Assembly: GCF_006345805.1 (NCBI RefSeq)
Contig: NW_021835978.1
Span: forward strand, 1 to 64,000
Reading direction: 5' to 3'
DNA from: Octopus sinensis
Lineage: Eukaryota
Length of the DNA: 64,000 nucleotides
The first letter of the stretch is position 1. Every line of letters starts with the position of its first letter. The notes under the pieces were generated by a model, which ran no database searches, was not told the origin of the DNA, and was given only the letters and a program-made list of their open reading frames with translations. This document shows, in pieces, positions 1 through 12,575 of this stretch. A program made the position numbers and the translations under genes.

Positions 1-485
1 CACACATAACACACAAAAACACAACAAGAAAACAGCTGTTCATGCAGATAAAAAATTGTGCCCGCTAAATGGAGCTTGCATGTCCGAGACCATCATCTAT
101 GAAGCTACCGTGGACTCTATGACCACTAAAGACACCGTTTCGACGAAGAAATACGTGGGCCTTACAGAGGGTATTTTCAAGGCCAGGTTCAATAACCACA
201 CCTTGAGTTTTAGGCACTGGAAACAAAAAGAAAGCGGCAAAATTATCTAATCATATTTGGTCTTTAAAAGATAAAGGTGTCGATTATAACATCCATTGGA
301 AGATTTTGGCCAAATGTAAGCCTTACACCAACGGCAGCGGAAGGTGCGGTCTATGCGACATGGAGAGATGGCTTATCTAGAAAAGCAGCTTAGACCCTAC
401 TACATGTCTAAACTCAAGGACAGAACTTTTCGGATCATACCCACCCACATGTGACAAAATTTTTGTTACGTTTTTGGTCCCCTAA
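1..485 (+). pseudogene. Penelope-like element, GIY-YIG endonuclease C-terminal remnant (frameshifted)
   Basis: Across frameshifts: NSCSCR..CPLNGAC..IIYEATV..KYVGLTEGIFKARFNNHTLSF / LSNHIWSLKDKGVDYNIHWKILAKCKPYTNGSGRCGLCDMERWLI*..LNSRTELF. This is the Cys knuckle plus GIY-YIG pattern of PLEs. Confidence 0.9.
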
Positions 486-722
486 AGAAAACAGATAGAA
501 CTTGCTTTCTATATTATGTCCCAAAAAGTTTTTTCATCTCATTATACCTTTTATTATTTCATATATATTTTTATATTTTCACACATTAATTTTTTATGTA
601 CTTTAATATCCTGCATTTTTTCCTGTGCCTATATAGATGTGTATATAGATTCATTTGTACACGTGTGTGAATATGTATGAGTGGGCAGTTTTAGATGTGT
701 GCGTGTGTGCGGGCATAAGAAT

Positions 723-768
<46 letters not shown>

Positions 769-1127
769 GTTTTTACTTAGTATTTTTTTTTTTTTGGTGG
801 GGGACATATGTATATTCATTTTTGTATATGCGTGTGTACGTATGCGTATATAAATATGTGCGGGTATGTACATATATGGGCATGTGTGTGTATGAGTGCA
901 TAGGGGCATGTCCGTATATGAACGTAGTTTTTATGCTTTGCGTACTTCCTTATGTTTTTTCTGTTACCTTTAACCATGTTTTTTCTTGTGCTTGTGCGAA
1001 TATAGACGTATGTATGAACTTTTACGGTACGCATGTGTGTGTGTGTATGAGTTTGTATATGTATGCGTATATATTTGGCGAAAAATGCGAGTGAAGATGT
1101 GTACGTTTTCATAGTGACGTATAAGTA

Positions 1128-1300
1128 CGCACGTGGGTTCGCGAGCAGAATTATAACACAGTAATTTCCCTTTATATAACGGTATTTTTTCATAGCGTTT
1201 TTCAGATGGCCAGATAACCGAAGAGTGGTGTTGTGGATTTCCACTTCCGCATATGAAACTCAGAGTTTTATCTTGACATTGAGTAAATGTAAACATATTA
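1128..1300 (+). mobile_element. HHR-bearing repeat (working family F, probably a Penelope pLTR fragment)
   Basis: Aligns by eye, in opposite orientation, to 56100-56270; contains the HHR motif at 1212-1273. Confidence 0.65.
1212..1273 (+). ncRNA. Type I hammerhead ribozyme motif, core variant CCGAAGA (probably inactive)
   Basis: agataa CCGAAGA [stem II with gtgg/ccac] GAAA ctcagag TT ttatct; stem I is a perfect 6 bp. Confidence 0.65.
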
Positions 1301-1304
1301 TTTT

Positions 1305-1377
<73 letters not shown>

Positions 1378-1921
1378 TATATATAGAGAGAGAGACAGAT
1401 CTGTCTGCCTGTCTGCAATCTCTCTGACAACTCACTTTCTCTCTCTCTCTCAATATATACATATGTATCTATGTATATCTATCTGTCTGTCTGTTTATAT
1501 AGCTATCTATCTATCTATCTATCTAGCTATCTATCTATCAGTGTATATATAATATATATATAATATATATATATATATTACATACAATGTTAGAGAGAGT
1601 GGGAGGATGGCAGATACATAGACAGGCGGATAGATACATGTATATATATATATATATATAAATGTTTGTATATATAATATATATATATATATAGTGTGTG
1701 TGGTGTGGTGTGTGTGTGTGTGTTGGTGTGTGTGTGTGTGTTGTGTGTGTGTGAGGGATGTATGTACTTGTACTGATAACTAAATAAACACATATTACAG
1801 TACAAATGAGGAACATCAATATTAATAGCATGTAAGAAACAGGTATACACACACTTATAATTACTGATACACAACACATCCTTGGATTATCACGATCCTA
1901 CATCCGCCAACTTGGATTGCT

Positions 1922-1957
<36 letters not shown>

Positions 1958-1962
1958 ATATG

Positions 1963-2000
<38 letters not shown>

Positions 2001-2030
2001 ATATACTATATATTATATATATATATATAT

Positions 2031-2085
<55 letters not shown>

Positions 2086-2391
2086 GGTGTGTATATCTTA
2101 TAATCCAAGTCAAATGTATTGTCCATTTAGCAGAATAAGCAGACATTTTTCAGACCTAATCAACCGACAGTGAGGAATGTCACAAGGGTCACAGACAATG
2201 ATAGAAGAAAGAGATTTGTGCGGGGCTGGACACAGAGTGAGGGCGGCGATTATGTGACTGGGTGTAAGGGTGTATATGTATGTGTATGCGCGCGCGCGCG
2301 CGCGTGTGTGATATACATACATGCACACAAACGCAGAGCACTACTTAAAAGCCATTCACGGGCAAATATATGTATATTTATATATATATAG

Positions 2392-2422
<31 letters not shown>

Positions 2423-2424
2423 GG

Positions 2425-2455
<31 letters not shown>

Positions 2456-2580
2456 GTATACATATATATATGTATGTATAATATATATATAATTATATGT
2501 ATGTATGTATACAAATATATGTATACTATACATATATATATATGTATAAAATGTATATATATATGTGTATATGTATATAA

Positions 2581-2625
<45 letters not shown>

Positions 2626-3335
2626 CATCAATGTCTACATGTGTGCATATGTATCTATATTTATCTCTCTAGCTATCTCTCTATCTATATATGTATATAT
2701 ATATATTTGTATATATGGTTATCATTACGGATATATGTTTATACACATATATATGTGTATATGTATTTGCATGTATACACAAATACACTCTTATATAACA
2801 AGATGGACGAAGAGAATGAGAAAAGCAATTACTTTTCGCTAAACAATATATATGGAGATGTGTGAATAAATTATGCTTCGAGTTTGTGCGTATGCCAGTC
2901 CGTGTTGTGTGTGTGTGTGCGTGTGTGCGTGTTTGTGTGTTTGTGTTGCGTGTGGTTTGTGTGTGTGTACAGAGCGAGAAGGAGAAAGGGAAATGGAGAT
3001 GGGGGAGTTGTAGAATAATTTATTTCCCGCAATACATCATAGGTAAGTGAATTTTTCCAGAACAAACCGAAACAAGTCGGAAGCATGATAAGACATATCT
3101 CTCAATCTAAACACATATTATGGCCTGGCACCCCACTCTCTCTCTCTCTCACACACACGCACATACACTCTCAAACACATACACACACTCTCAAATACAT
3201 ACTCAGACACAGGCTCAAAAACATACACGTACAAGACCATATTGGAGCGCATACATAAGAAACACACACACGTACATAGAAAGGCATAAGCGAGCAGAAG
3301 AGAGGCACAGCGAAACAAAAGAATGTTTTATACTT

Positions 3336-3620
3336 TCGTGGTCCGGTCAATAAGTATAAGGACTGTTGTTATAGTGACGAAGCTGAAGCACGGAGAGTAA
3401 AGCCGCTTGGCACAAATTGACCTTGAACTCTGTTCTGCATGCGTATTAAATTTTAACGTTCTAGCTAACTTCTGTTCTTTACGGCAGTGCTTGAAAGGAA
3501 GGTGTGTAGTGTGTGATCGTCGCATTGCCCATGACAGAGAACGTTGAGCAGAGAATCTGCATCAAATTTTATCAAAAGCTTGGCGATACCGGCTCAGAAG
3601 CCTACGCAGAGTTTTCAAAA
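3336..3620 (+). mobile_element. Mariner transposon 5' end with transposase N-terminus
   Basis: MTENVEQRICIKFYQKLGDTGSEAYAEF from 3531 matches the mariner HTH start (EQRxxIKF..KLG); preceded by TIR-like cgtggtccggtcaataagtat. Confidence 0.75.
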
Positions 3621-3972
3621 AGCTTTCATCGTTCTCGACTCAATCGAGGAGATCTTGTGGATCTGAAACTAATACATTCTCAAGTTCTTATTCATACCAC
3701 TAAACCCCTTCGAATGAGCAACACAGAATCCACGGCTCCATACTTTGAAATGACTAAACATGAACTACTATCGGAACTTACATACCATGTACAAGAAACT
3801 TTTTTACCACTTCTATACACCACTTTCCTCGAATAATGGAACTGCAACTACAATATTTTATATTTTATTTCTACTTTCTCTTATTTCCCTCCATATTCCC
3901 TATCTCCTTCTTTTCCACAATAATTACTTATTTCGAACTCAAACATTTACCTCTATTTAACCATCTCATATC

Positions 3973-4020
3973 GTCTCTGATGAAGGGATATCCATAATAT
4001 CCCAGAAACAGCTGTTAGGC
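3973..4020 (+). ncRNA. Minimal type I hammerhead ribozyme in a probable Penelope pLTR fragment (~3700-4130)
   Basis: gtct CTGATGA a gggata-tccataa-tatccc a GAAAC agct GTT aggc; palindromic stem III ACAGCTGT. Confidence 0.75.
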
Positions 4021-4179
4021 TATAGCTATATCTTTTTCCTTATATATGTCCTGAAACTCCTCACAGCCTTTGGCGCTTGTTATCTCATTTTGTCTAATAT
4101 ATATGCATGCTAATACAAGTTCCACATTACACTCCTCACTCGTATCACTATCGAACCAAGTGTCTAACTACGGCCCTCC

Positions 4180-4658
4180 ATAGCACTCGAAAGAGTCCAG
4201 AAGCTGGCTACCCGCATGGTTCATGGTCTCAAAAATTTGTCCTCTGAAGAAAGGCTGAGGACGCTCGACCTTTATTCTCTAGAAAACGCCGCCGCCTGTG
4301 GTGATCTCATTCTCGCCCACAAATCATAAGCGGAAAGTGTAACCTCTCGAAAGAGCTGTTCTTCACTCCTGCTCCAGAGCGTCGCTGCTGGGGGTCATTC
4401 CGAAAAGCTCTACCTGCGACGATTTCATCTCAATCGAAGGGGAGGAGCTTTCTCCGTCCGGGTTTGCGGATCCGTGGAACAAGCTGCTAGACGAGATGGT
4501 GAAGATGCCGACGACCCCGCCTTGTTCAAAGCCTCCTTGACCTCAAGTGGCCTGAACTCTTTACATGAACACCACCCTGTACTTAACTCCATGTCCCCCT
4601 ACATGGCCTTGCTATTTGCTTTTGAGCCAATTAACTAACTAACTAACTAACTTACTTA
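4180..4658 (+). mobile_element. CR1-clade LINE 3' end with (CTAA)n tail
   Basis: LERVQKLATRMVHGLKNLSSEERLRTLDLYSLE..GDLI..GHSEKL..FSVRV..WNKL across frameshifts; tail ctaactaactaac at ~4635-4657. Confidence 0.85.
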
Positions 4659-4743
4659 GCGTTACCTGCCACGCTTTGGATCTTCTTGATACCTATAACC
4701 TCATTCTCGTCTCTGTCTCTGACTCTCTCTCTTTCTCTCTCTC

Positions 4744-4797
<54 letters not shown>

Positions 4798-4800
<3 letters not shown>

Positions 4801-4940
4801 CGGCGGGCTTCTTTCAGCTTCCGTCCAGCAAATCCACTCACAAGGGTTTGGCGGCCCGAGGCTATTGTAGAAGACACTCAAGGTATAATGAAGTGGGACT
4901 GAACACGGAACCACGTGGTTGAAAAGCAAGCTTCTTACCC
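4798..4940 (-). mobile_element. tRNA-derived SINE family C, 5' half
   Basis: Matches the head of the full copies at 20459-20880 and 56417-56852. Confidence 0.8.
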
Positions 4941-6220
4941 CCCACACACACGCACATACATACATACATACATGCATACATACATAACATATATATATAT
5001 AATATATGTTTGTATGTATGTATGTATGTATATGTATGTATGTATGTATGTATATATGTATATACCAAGCAATTATAAAGAATACAAAGACTGGTATATC
5101 TTCAAACATTTCTTCTAATATAGCACTTAGCCATGCAGCATAATTAGATAGTTAGAATGACCGAGACATGTTTCTGGTGAGTTTTCTGCTAACCACGCTT
5201 GTAGAAAGACACTGAATGAGGTGCGTAGCAGAATATGCTGGGTTGCATGCACAAATGCACATACTCTGTGCTGCAGAAACACGTATCGATCATTTTAGCT
5301 AACTATTTATACCGTATTTCTAGCTGTTAAATGAAAAGAAAATTTTGAAGATGTACCAGACACCAAATTCTTTGGAATTCTTTGAAATGTACGCTCCTGA
5401 AATATTTAAAAGCCAGGGAAACGAACCTGTGTGTATACATACATGCATACATACATATATATGTGTCTGGATGTGTATATGTATGTATGTACACATGCCT
5501 ATGAATTAACATCTACTGGTCGTAAGATGGATTGCAACTAATGCTGTATAAGAAACGAAACTAAATACTGTTGCTGAAAAATGGTCTACTGGTCATTGAC
5601 CGTACGAACACATACAGCTTCACCAGCAAACACGCAACCAAAGCCATCCTTTAAATTCCACAACTAAGCTTTGCAAGCCTTCTCATTAATATTCCCCCTC
5701 TGATCTATCATTGCTGTTTTTCATACTCTCTTCCTTCAGCTATCCAGTGAAATAACTCTCAAGCACTTTCCATGATAAAATCCTTAACGTTTCCAGCTGA
5801 TTCGTTTTTTTTTTCTGTGTTTTGTTTTTTCTCTTGTTCTTTTTTTTTTTTTTTTTTTGTAGTTCAGCTATCATGGACAAAGCAAGAGGAAAAGTTGTAG
5901 TCGATTCCCGAAACCGAATCAAGTGGATACATCAAAAAACTTTACTCCCAGCGGCAGTCGACGTAATGAAACATTATATTTTGTATTTTGCTCACATATA
6001 CTAGCTCTTATAAACATATACATACATATATTGAGAGGAAGATAGAGAGATAGAGAGAGAGAAGGAGATAGATAGATTATAGACAGATATGTATATATAC
6101 AAACATAATAGCAAAAAAAAATATGTACACACATAAACTGACATTAACGCCTACGTACGAACACAATTTTCCATACGTAAATATGAATATACATACATAT
6201 ACATATACACTCACACAAAT

Positions 6221-6281
<61 letters not shown>

Positions 6282-6547
6282 GCGTGTGTGTGTATGTGTG
6301 TGTGTGTGTACAGAGAGACAGAGAGAGAGTGAGAGAGAGAGGGAGAGGGAGAGAGAGAAGGTGAGAGAAAGAGAGAATAAGAGGGTGAGAATGAAATTGA
6401 TAAATTGAAGGTGGATAGACGAATCGCAAGACAGATATTTACAGACACATGAAAAAGTATTGAAGACTACGGAAAAGAAATTATATATATATTGATATAC
6501 ATCAGTATATTTACACACGCAGATGTTTGTGGGTATAGGGATATGTG

Positions 6548-6596
<49 letters not shown>

Positions 6597-6898
6597 TATT
6601 ATATATATATATATATATATATGTTTATGCATATACATATATATATGTATATGTATATATATATATGTATATATATATATGTATATATATATGTGTAGAT
6701 ATATATGTACATTCACATATAGGTATCTTTACATAGATATACACACTTATATATGTGTCCATATATGTACATATGTATACATATACACATGCATACATAT
6801 GAATGTATATATAAATAGATCTGTGTATATAATTTATATATATAGCTATAAATACATTATATATAGAGATATATGCAAATATATATGCATATGTGTGC

Positions 6899-6932
<34 letters not shown>

Positions 6933-6982
6933 CATTTACATATATATATATATACATACATACATATATACGCATATATGGA

Positions 6983-7040
<58 letters not shown>

Positions 7041-7511
7041 ATATATATACGTATACATATTATATAAGCATATATATGTGTGTGTGTGTGTATTTGATAT
7101 TTTAGACAAAGACAGCAAAGTTAGATTTAGAATGACAGCGCTAAGCCAAGTAATAAAACGAAACAGGCAATGTAATGACACACGTTAAAATGTATAGACT
7201 TAGAGTTATAAACAATCGTAAATCACAAGGCGAATTGATATTTGAAAGAAGGTGGTCACTTTCTTAGATGCTTATAATTCATGTGGTGTGTGCATATATA
7301 TATATATAATATATATATATATAATATATTATATATATATATATATAATATATATATATAGATAGATAGAGAGAGAGAGAAGGCTTTTCGAAATCGAAAA
7401 CATAAATTAAGAATTTTTCCTAGAAAAGTATTTCATATACTCTAGACTGTGTGGAAATGATTTTATTTCACTACAATATTCTTTCATTTTTTTTTCTTTT
7501 TAGTTTTCTAC

Positions 7512-7905
7512 TCTAGGCACAAGGCCGGAAATTTTGGGGAATGGGGCCAGTCGATTAGATCGACGCCAGTACGCAATTGGTACTTAAATTATCGATACCA
7601 AAAGCATGAAAGGCAAAAGTCGACCTCGGCTGAATTTGAGCTCAGATCGCAAAGACAGACGAAATACCTATTTCTATTTCTTTACTGCCCACAAGGGGCT
7701 ACACACTGAGGAGACAAACAAGGACAGATAAACGGATTAAGTCGATTATATCGATTCCAGTGCGTAACTGGTACTTATTTAATCGACCCCGAAAAGATGA
7801 ATGGCAAAGTTGACCTCGGCGGAATTTAAACTCAGAACGTAGTGGCAGACGATATACCGCTAAGCATTTCGTCCAGAGTGCTAACGTTTTCTGCCAGCTC
7901 CCCGC
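7512..7905 (-). mobile_element. tRNA-derived SINE family D, tandem units
   Basis: Reverse complement of ggcgagctggcagaaacgttagc..gagttcaaattccgccgaggtcgactttgcc; B-box-like GAGTTcAAATtCC. Confidence 0.85.
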
Positions 7906-8225
7906 CTTATTTCGTAATTATATTGAGAATTTAATAATTAATTTCTGGAGGATACTGCTTGATTTTCGGTTGAGTTGTCTAACTATTTCCGTTAGCACCT
8001 TTACATCTTTTAATAATTCAAAATGGAATGTTAATTAATTGTTAATTACATTTTGCATATATCATCTCATCTGAAATTCTTTACCCAACTTCATCAACAA
8101 TTGGTTTACTTACATAATTTCATATTCTTATTTATGCAAATTACTACGGAGTACAAAATCTTCGAATCTGTTTCACTGTACATAGACACCGTTGTCGTCT
8201 ATCTAAGCTAACTTCACTTTAACTA

Positions 8226-8275
8226 TACTTCGCTGACGAGATCCATTCACACCGAAACTGTCTACAGTTGCCTTC
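8226..8275 (+). ncRNA. Hammerhead-like motif with degenerate stems I and II
   Basis: CTGACGA gat..acc GAA ACTG tcta CAGT T; 4-bp stem III and intact core, but stem I does not pair. Confidence 0.4.
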
Positions 8276-8499
8276 TCAGCTGAAAAGACAATATGATCGA
8301 AGTCTATCAGTCCTTTCTCAGAATTAGTAAGTGCTAGAAATTATCTCCCATTATTCCGAGCATCGCTAACAATTTTCCCTGGAACTAAAATGGAAAATTC
8401 AAATGACTGCGGTTTCTATACGCTGTTATATGTTTTTATACACGATTCATACCACTCCGCCCCCAGCACGTTGTTTGTCATGGGAACAGACATGGATGA

Positions 8500-8865
8500 C
8501 AACACCGATAAGACTTAGGCAGATCTTGTGACACTCGGGGTATTAAAAGTGACCTCGAACAACAGCCGTAAGGAGAGGGATGGTAATGACGACGTCTCTT
8601 TCTTTTCTTATGCAGTCTCCTGCATTCGGTTCCAAAGCGCTCTCCCCCAGCATCACACAAAGTATTCCATGCGTTCCGAATAATAGTTAGGGGCTCCAAT
8701 AGATTGGAAGGGACACCGCAAGATATACTGAGACCGCTTGCGATGATCATAAAAACGAAGTTTTGGACGTATATGAGGCCTACTTTCAGTCTCCATCTCT
8801 CTGAAGGGGACCATTGTTGGAAGCCGGTTACTCGGCATCCGAATCACATGGCCAACTCAGCGGCA
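8500..8865 (-). mobile_element. RTE-clade LINE 3' remnant
   Basis: Minus strand reads GHVIRMPSNRLPTMV..E..RP..RPKLRF, the typical RTE post-RT C-terminus (WxGHVxRM..RLP..GRPKxRF). Confidence 0.7.
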
Positions 8866-8884
8866 AGCAATTTAAAAAAGAGCG

Positions 8885-9120
8885 CATTATTTACATTATT
8901 TATATTTGACGGATATTTGTCCTCATCTTTGTTGTTATCACAATATTTCGGCTGATATACACCCCAGCCTTCATCAGGTGTCTTGGGGAAATTTCGAACC
9001 TAGGTTTTTCGATGTTGGTGTTGGTATTATTATTATTTTTATTTTTATTCAGGCCACTGCCTGGAATCGAACTCGGAATCTTGGGGTTAGTAACCCGCGC
9101 TCTTAACCACTACACCATGT
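8885..9120 (-). mobile_element. tRNA-headed SINE-like element carrying a hammerhead ribozyme
   Basis: Head 9118-9050 with A-box TGGTGTAGTGG and B-box GAGTTCGATTCC, an A-rich linker, then the HHR at 8980-8939. Confidence 0.75.
8939..8980 (-). ncRNA. Minimal type I hammerhead ribozyme
   Basis: cac CTGATGA a ggctgg-ggtgtata-tcagcc GAAA ta TT gtg; stem I cac/gtg, palindromic AATATT in stem III. Confidence 0.75.
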
Positions 9121-9424
9121 TAAAGATTTTTATGTTATAACAATATTCCGATTATATGTTTTCAATTATTGCAAAGCGTACGCAGAAAATATCAATGCTC
9201 TTGTAATTTCAATCTGATGAGGAGATTCAGATAGACTTAAAGGGTTTAGTGATATATCACCGTTATGATTACAAATTAAAATCAATGGGCTAATAAGGAA
9301 ATATAATCGATCTTTAATAAGAAACTCTAAACTACAGCGTAGCTGTGCTTTTATTACTACCAACATACATAAAGTAACACACGCACGCACACAAACATAT
9401 GTGTGTGCAAATATATATATATAG

Positions 9425-9511
9425 GTGCAGGAGTGGCTGTGTGGTAAGTAGCTTGCTTACCAACCACATGGTTCCGGGTTCAGTCCCACTGAACATATAC
9501 AGACATACATA

Positions 9512-9544
<33 letters not shown>

Positions 9545-9805
9545 TCTCTCTCTCTCTCTCTCTCTCACACACCACATATATATGTATTAGTTTGTGGGTC
9601 TGTATTTCTTTTCCTCCCCAACATCGCTTGACAACCGATGCTGGTGCGTTTACGTCCCGTAACTTAGCGGTTCGGCAAAGCGACCGATAGAATGATTATT
9701 AGGCTTACAAAGAATATGTACTGGGATCGATTTGCTCGACTAAAGGCGATGCTCCATCATGGCCGCAGTCAAATAACTGAAAAGAATAAAAGAATAAAAG
9801 AATAT
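9425..9805 (+). mobile_element. SINE family C, internally deleted, with central microsatellite
   Basis: gcaggagtggctgtgtggtaag..ggttcagtcccact head; (CA)n(CT)n; tail ..ggccgcagtcaaataactgaaaagaataaaagaataaaag. Confidence 0.85.
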
Positions 9806-10369
9806 ATGTGTGTGTGTGTATGTATGTATGTATGTATGTATGTATGTATATCCAGTTCCTTTGGTTTGTGTCTATGTTTTCGTTTCTCATTGTGTTCGAC
9901 GTCCTTTTGGTGTCCTGTACTCATATATGCGTGTATATGTACATGTAGAGGTAGGTAAGTACATATATGTTTATATATATGCATATGTTTTATTTTATTT
10001 ATTAATGTATTATATGATGAAGCGCACGCACCCCACTAAGTAAGATTGTTCTTTATATCAAGTTTTTGATCTTGATATTAACTCTCACGCGCACTCTTAA
10101 CCTTTCTGTCCCATCCCTTTCTCAGCCTTCATTCTTTGTTTTCCTTTTCCTCTACTTAACTTGTCTCTTCCTCTCTCTCATTCTTCACTCTCTCTCTCCC
10201 TCTCCACTCTTCATGGTTTCCTCGCAGCCATTCCCCTTCTTCACTCCCTTAAACTTATACTTACTTTTCTGACGAAAACAATGCCGTTCTGAACATTTTG
10301 GCCGCAACTGTATATATATATATATATATATATGGATACACATACACACATGTTTTTACGGGAGATAAC

Positions 10370-10655
10370 TGGCTCTCCGTAGACTACGACGAGTAGCGTT
10401 CCAGTTGACCCGACGATTAGCCTGCTCGTGATATTAATCTGCCTGCGGCTGAGCGCTCCAGAGAGATTCACCGTGACACAGAATGGGACAAGGTTGTCCC
10501 CTTTTGAATTACAGGTATAACTCACTTTCGTCTGATAAATTGACAGGAGCAACATGAAATAAATTGCCTTGGTCAAGGACTCGACGCTTTGCCAGGAATC
10601 GAACTCATGACCCTACGATCTTACGCCGAATACCCTAACCACTCCGCCACGCGTC
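10370..10655 (-). mobile_element. tRNA-derived SINE family B (shares 3' domain with family A)
   Basis: tRNA-like head (gagttcgattcc) at ~10590-10650; tail similar to ..ggaaccctcgtcgtcgtaaccgacgg. Confidence 0.7.
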
Positions 10656-10667
10656 TTCATTTACACG

Positions 10668-10975
10668 GAGATACAACGTGGTGAACGGCCGAGACATAAA
10701 CTTAAGAATCGTTTTAAAAATATCTTCAGAATCAAACTTAAAGCTTTTAGCGTGGATGTTGAAGACAGGCAGCAGATGACGGATAATCGATCGATTTGCA
10801 AAAAAGTGATTTAAGATGGTTGTAAAATATTTGGAGCACGGAGAATCGAACAATACATCTTAAGACGAACACTTCCTAGATAGACTTTATTTCATTCCTA
10901 GACACTTTTTCTGTCTGAAAAACCTTTCTAACATCCACAGTAGGGTCTGTTTATCTGAAGCCATATATTTACTCT
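10668..10975 (+). mobile_element. RTE-clade LINE 3' remnant
   Basis: QRGERPRHKLKNRFKNIFRIKLKAF..DNRS..GRVCLS resembles the RTE C-terminus (GxRxxG.PKKRxKD.LK..DRxxW; C-terminal GRVC motif). Confidence 0.6.
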
Positions 10976-11015
10976 TACAATCATATATCTCATGAAGGCA
11001 TTTACACGCACAGTT

Positions 11016-11057
<42 letters not shown>

Positions 11058-11109
11058 GTATAGATGTAGGTATGTACATATACGTAGTATATATGCATAT
11101 CTATATCTA

Positions 11110-11191
<82 letters not shown>

Positions 11192-11559
11192 ACTATCTAT
11201 CTATATATCTATATAGTATTTATCTTATATGATTGAATGTCACGCATCCTCTTCCAAGTTTATATTAATAATTCTGATACGCACTCTATACGATCATTTT
11301 ACTCCCCTTTTTCTCTATTTCTCTTATTCTTTTACCTCCTCTTCTCTCACTATTCTTTCCTATTACTCTGTCACTCTCTCTCTCTCCTCACTCCTCCTCC
11401 CTTGCATAACATGGCGCCCCCGTGACCATCGGCCATCTTTCTCTCTTCTCCTAACTTGTGTTTCTTTCTCTCTGCTGTAGCTGGAACGAGGAAGACGTGC
11501 TCTTGTTTGACTCCTGTCCAAGCTTGATTTACACATTCGCCACCATAACCCCGTTTAGG

Positions 11560-11830
11560 CTTAGCAGCCTATTTTGACCCTCCGCAAAAATCCCTTATTC
11601 AATTTAATTTGCTTTGTGGGAGCAACTGTTTTATGGAAAGAATATATTGTGGTTAGATGTTCAAAATACGAGATTAGAAAAACAGCCAACAACGGATTAA
11701 GGGTCGTTCTTTCTGTTGTTTGTTTTGTTTTCCTTTTGTGTCTTTCGTTGTTCGAAAGAATAGCTCCTGTTCCATATACTCGTGCATTGTATTTTTTTTT
11801 GTTGTACACGTTTCATGGCGTCCTGCGCCC
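11560..11830 (+). repeat. Unclassified dispersed repeat (working family E)
   Basis: Homologous by eye to 20880-21120; the 3' part is also at ~9860-9925. Confidence 0.6.
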
Positions 11831-11904
11831 ATGTATGCTTATATATATGCGTATAGATGTAGGTATGTGCATATACGTATGTATATATGCATATATGTAT
11901 ATTA

Positions 11905-11948
<44 letters not shown>

Positions 11949-11959
11949 GTGGCACTATA

Positions 11960-12321
11960 TATAGTCGTTTACGACGACGAGGCTTCCAGCTGATCCGATA
12001 AACGGAACAGCTTGCTCATGAAATTAACCTGCAAGTGGCTGAGCACTCCACAGACACGTGTACTCTTGATGTAGTTCTCGGTGTGATTCAACGCGAAATA
12101 GGGTGTGAAAAGGCTGGCCCTTTGAAACACAGGGACAACAGAGACAGAAGAAAGGGTGAGAGGAAGTTGTAGTGAAAGTGTACAGCAGTGTTCGCCACCA
12201 TCCCCATGCCGGGGCCTCATGGAGCTTTAGGTGCTTTTGCTCAATAAACACTCACAAAAGGAAACTGCTATTCTACGACCGTGAGTCCGCTGCCCTAACC
12301 ACTGGGCCATCGTGCCTCCAC
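11960..12321 (-). mobile_element. tRNA-derived SINE family A
   Basis: Reverse complement of the full copy at 61235-61621, with a small deletion in the head. Confidence 0.9.
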
Positions 12322-12391
12322 TGTAAATATATATATATTTTTTTCTTCTGTAGTTTTAGCTCAGAGATGCGGTCATGCTGATGCACCGCCG

Positions 12392-12434
<43 letters not shown>

Positions 12435-12575
12435 CAATAAAGATTCAAGTTAATTTAAATGAATTTACTTGAATATGGTACCTAACTTAGATGCACCAAA
12501 AAAAACTATACTGTTTTAACAATACAGTAATGTGGGGTGATTATAAGCGAGAAAGAAGCAACAAGAATGGATAGG

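Noticed and set aside
5209-5292. Hammerhead-like ctgaatgag..long stem..gaaacacgtatc
   Set aside because: Core has an extra A, the cleavage triplet does not pair with stem III and there is no stem I; at most a dead relic.
5569-5619. Hammerhead-like gttg CTGAAAA atggtc..gaccgt ac GAAAC acata cagc
   Set aside because: Stems I and II pair but the core (CUGAAAA), the register and stem III are all off; not called without a consensus.
9050-9118. Functional tRNA gene (also the heads at 15931, 41183, 46373, 61235)
   Set aside because: A and B boxes are present but the acceptor and T stems do not close, and the heads continue into repeat bodies; these are SINE heads.
9208-9285. CTGATGA ggagat..atcacc motif
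   Set aside because: GAAA is missing (gtta) and stem III is not identifiable.
10291-10312. Tc1-like TIR (reverse complement tacagttgcggccaaaatgttc)
   Set aside because: Single 22-bp end with no partner TIR or transposase nearby.
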